Of a stretch of 64,000 nt of DNA, positions 44,408 to 64,000 are shown in pieces. Numbering within the stretch: position 1 is the stretch's first letter; every line of letters starts with the position of its first letter. Below the pieces are notes generated by a model. That model had not been told where the DNA came from and made no database searches. It was given only the letters and a program-made list of their open reading frames with translations. A program made the position numbers and the translations under genes. The stretch is from an uncultured Actinoplanes sp. (GTDB lineage: Bacteria > Actinomycetota > Actinomycetes > Mycobacteriales > Micromonosporaceae), in assembly GCA_964236515.1 (NCBI GenBank), contig CAXSDA010000014.1, positions 76,828-140,827 of the forward strand. Reading direction: 5' to 3'.

Positions 44408-44531
44408 CGCATGGGAATTTCTTTTGAGGCGACCTTGGGAATTGAAAGAGCACAACGACAGAATGCATCCAGGTGAATCGCGTAAAGACTTAGCGATCAC
44501 CGGATGCATTCCACGGATCAATGGAATTCGT

Positions 44532-64000
<19,469 letters not shown>

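Overview
High-GC actinobacterial DNA; gene content suggests a Micromonosporaceae/Actinoplanes-like host (inference). About 1-26 kb is an accessory region. It holds a partial M1 aminopeptidase, glnII, a secreted carbohydrate-binding/3D-domain protein, TetR/MBL-hydrolase and TetR/MFS/MMPL modules, a GGDEF-EAL protein, an FAD oxidase module, a ricin-GH55 glucanase, a Ser/Thr kinase, and several decayed genes. About 26-64 kb is the left arm of a type I PKS cluster that looks like a glycosylated polyene macrolide cluster. It contains a PPTase coupled to a metallophosphoesterase (PptT/PptH-like), a decayed crotonyl-CoA carboxylase/reductase, IS debris, a type II thioesterase, a NysDII-like aminotransferase, an AccD6-like carboxyltransferase, a ferredoxin, PAS-LuxR and LAL regulators, a heterodimeric ABC exporter with an unusual Cys/His C-terminal extension, GDP-mannose 4,6-dehydratase and a VOC protein. 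It ends in more than 19 kb of PKS with four consecutive malonyl KS-AT-DH-KR-ACP modules and a C-terminal docking domain. No glycosyltransferase or P450 is visible in the window. No rRNA, tRNA or CRISPR array was seen. All calls are by-eye motif recognition; no database search was run.
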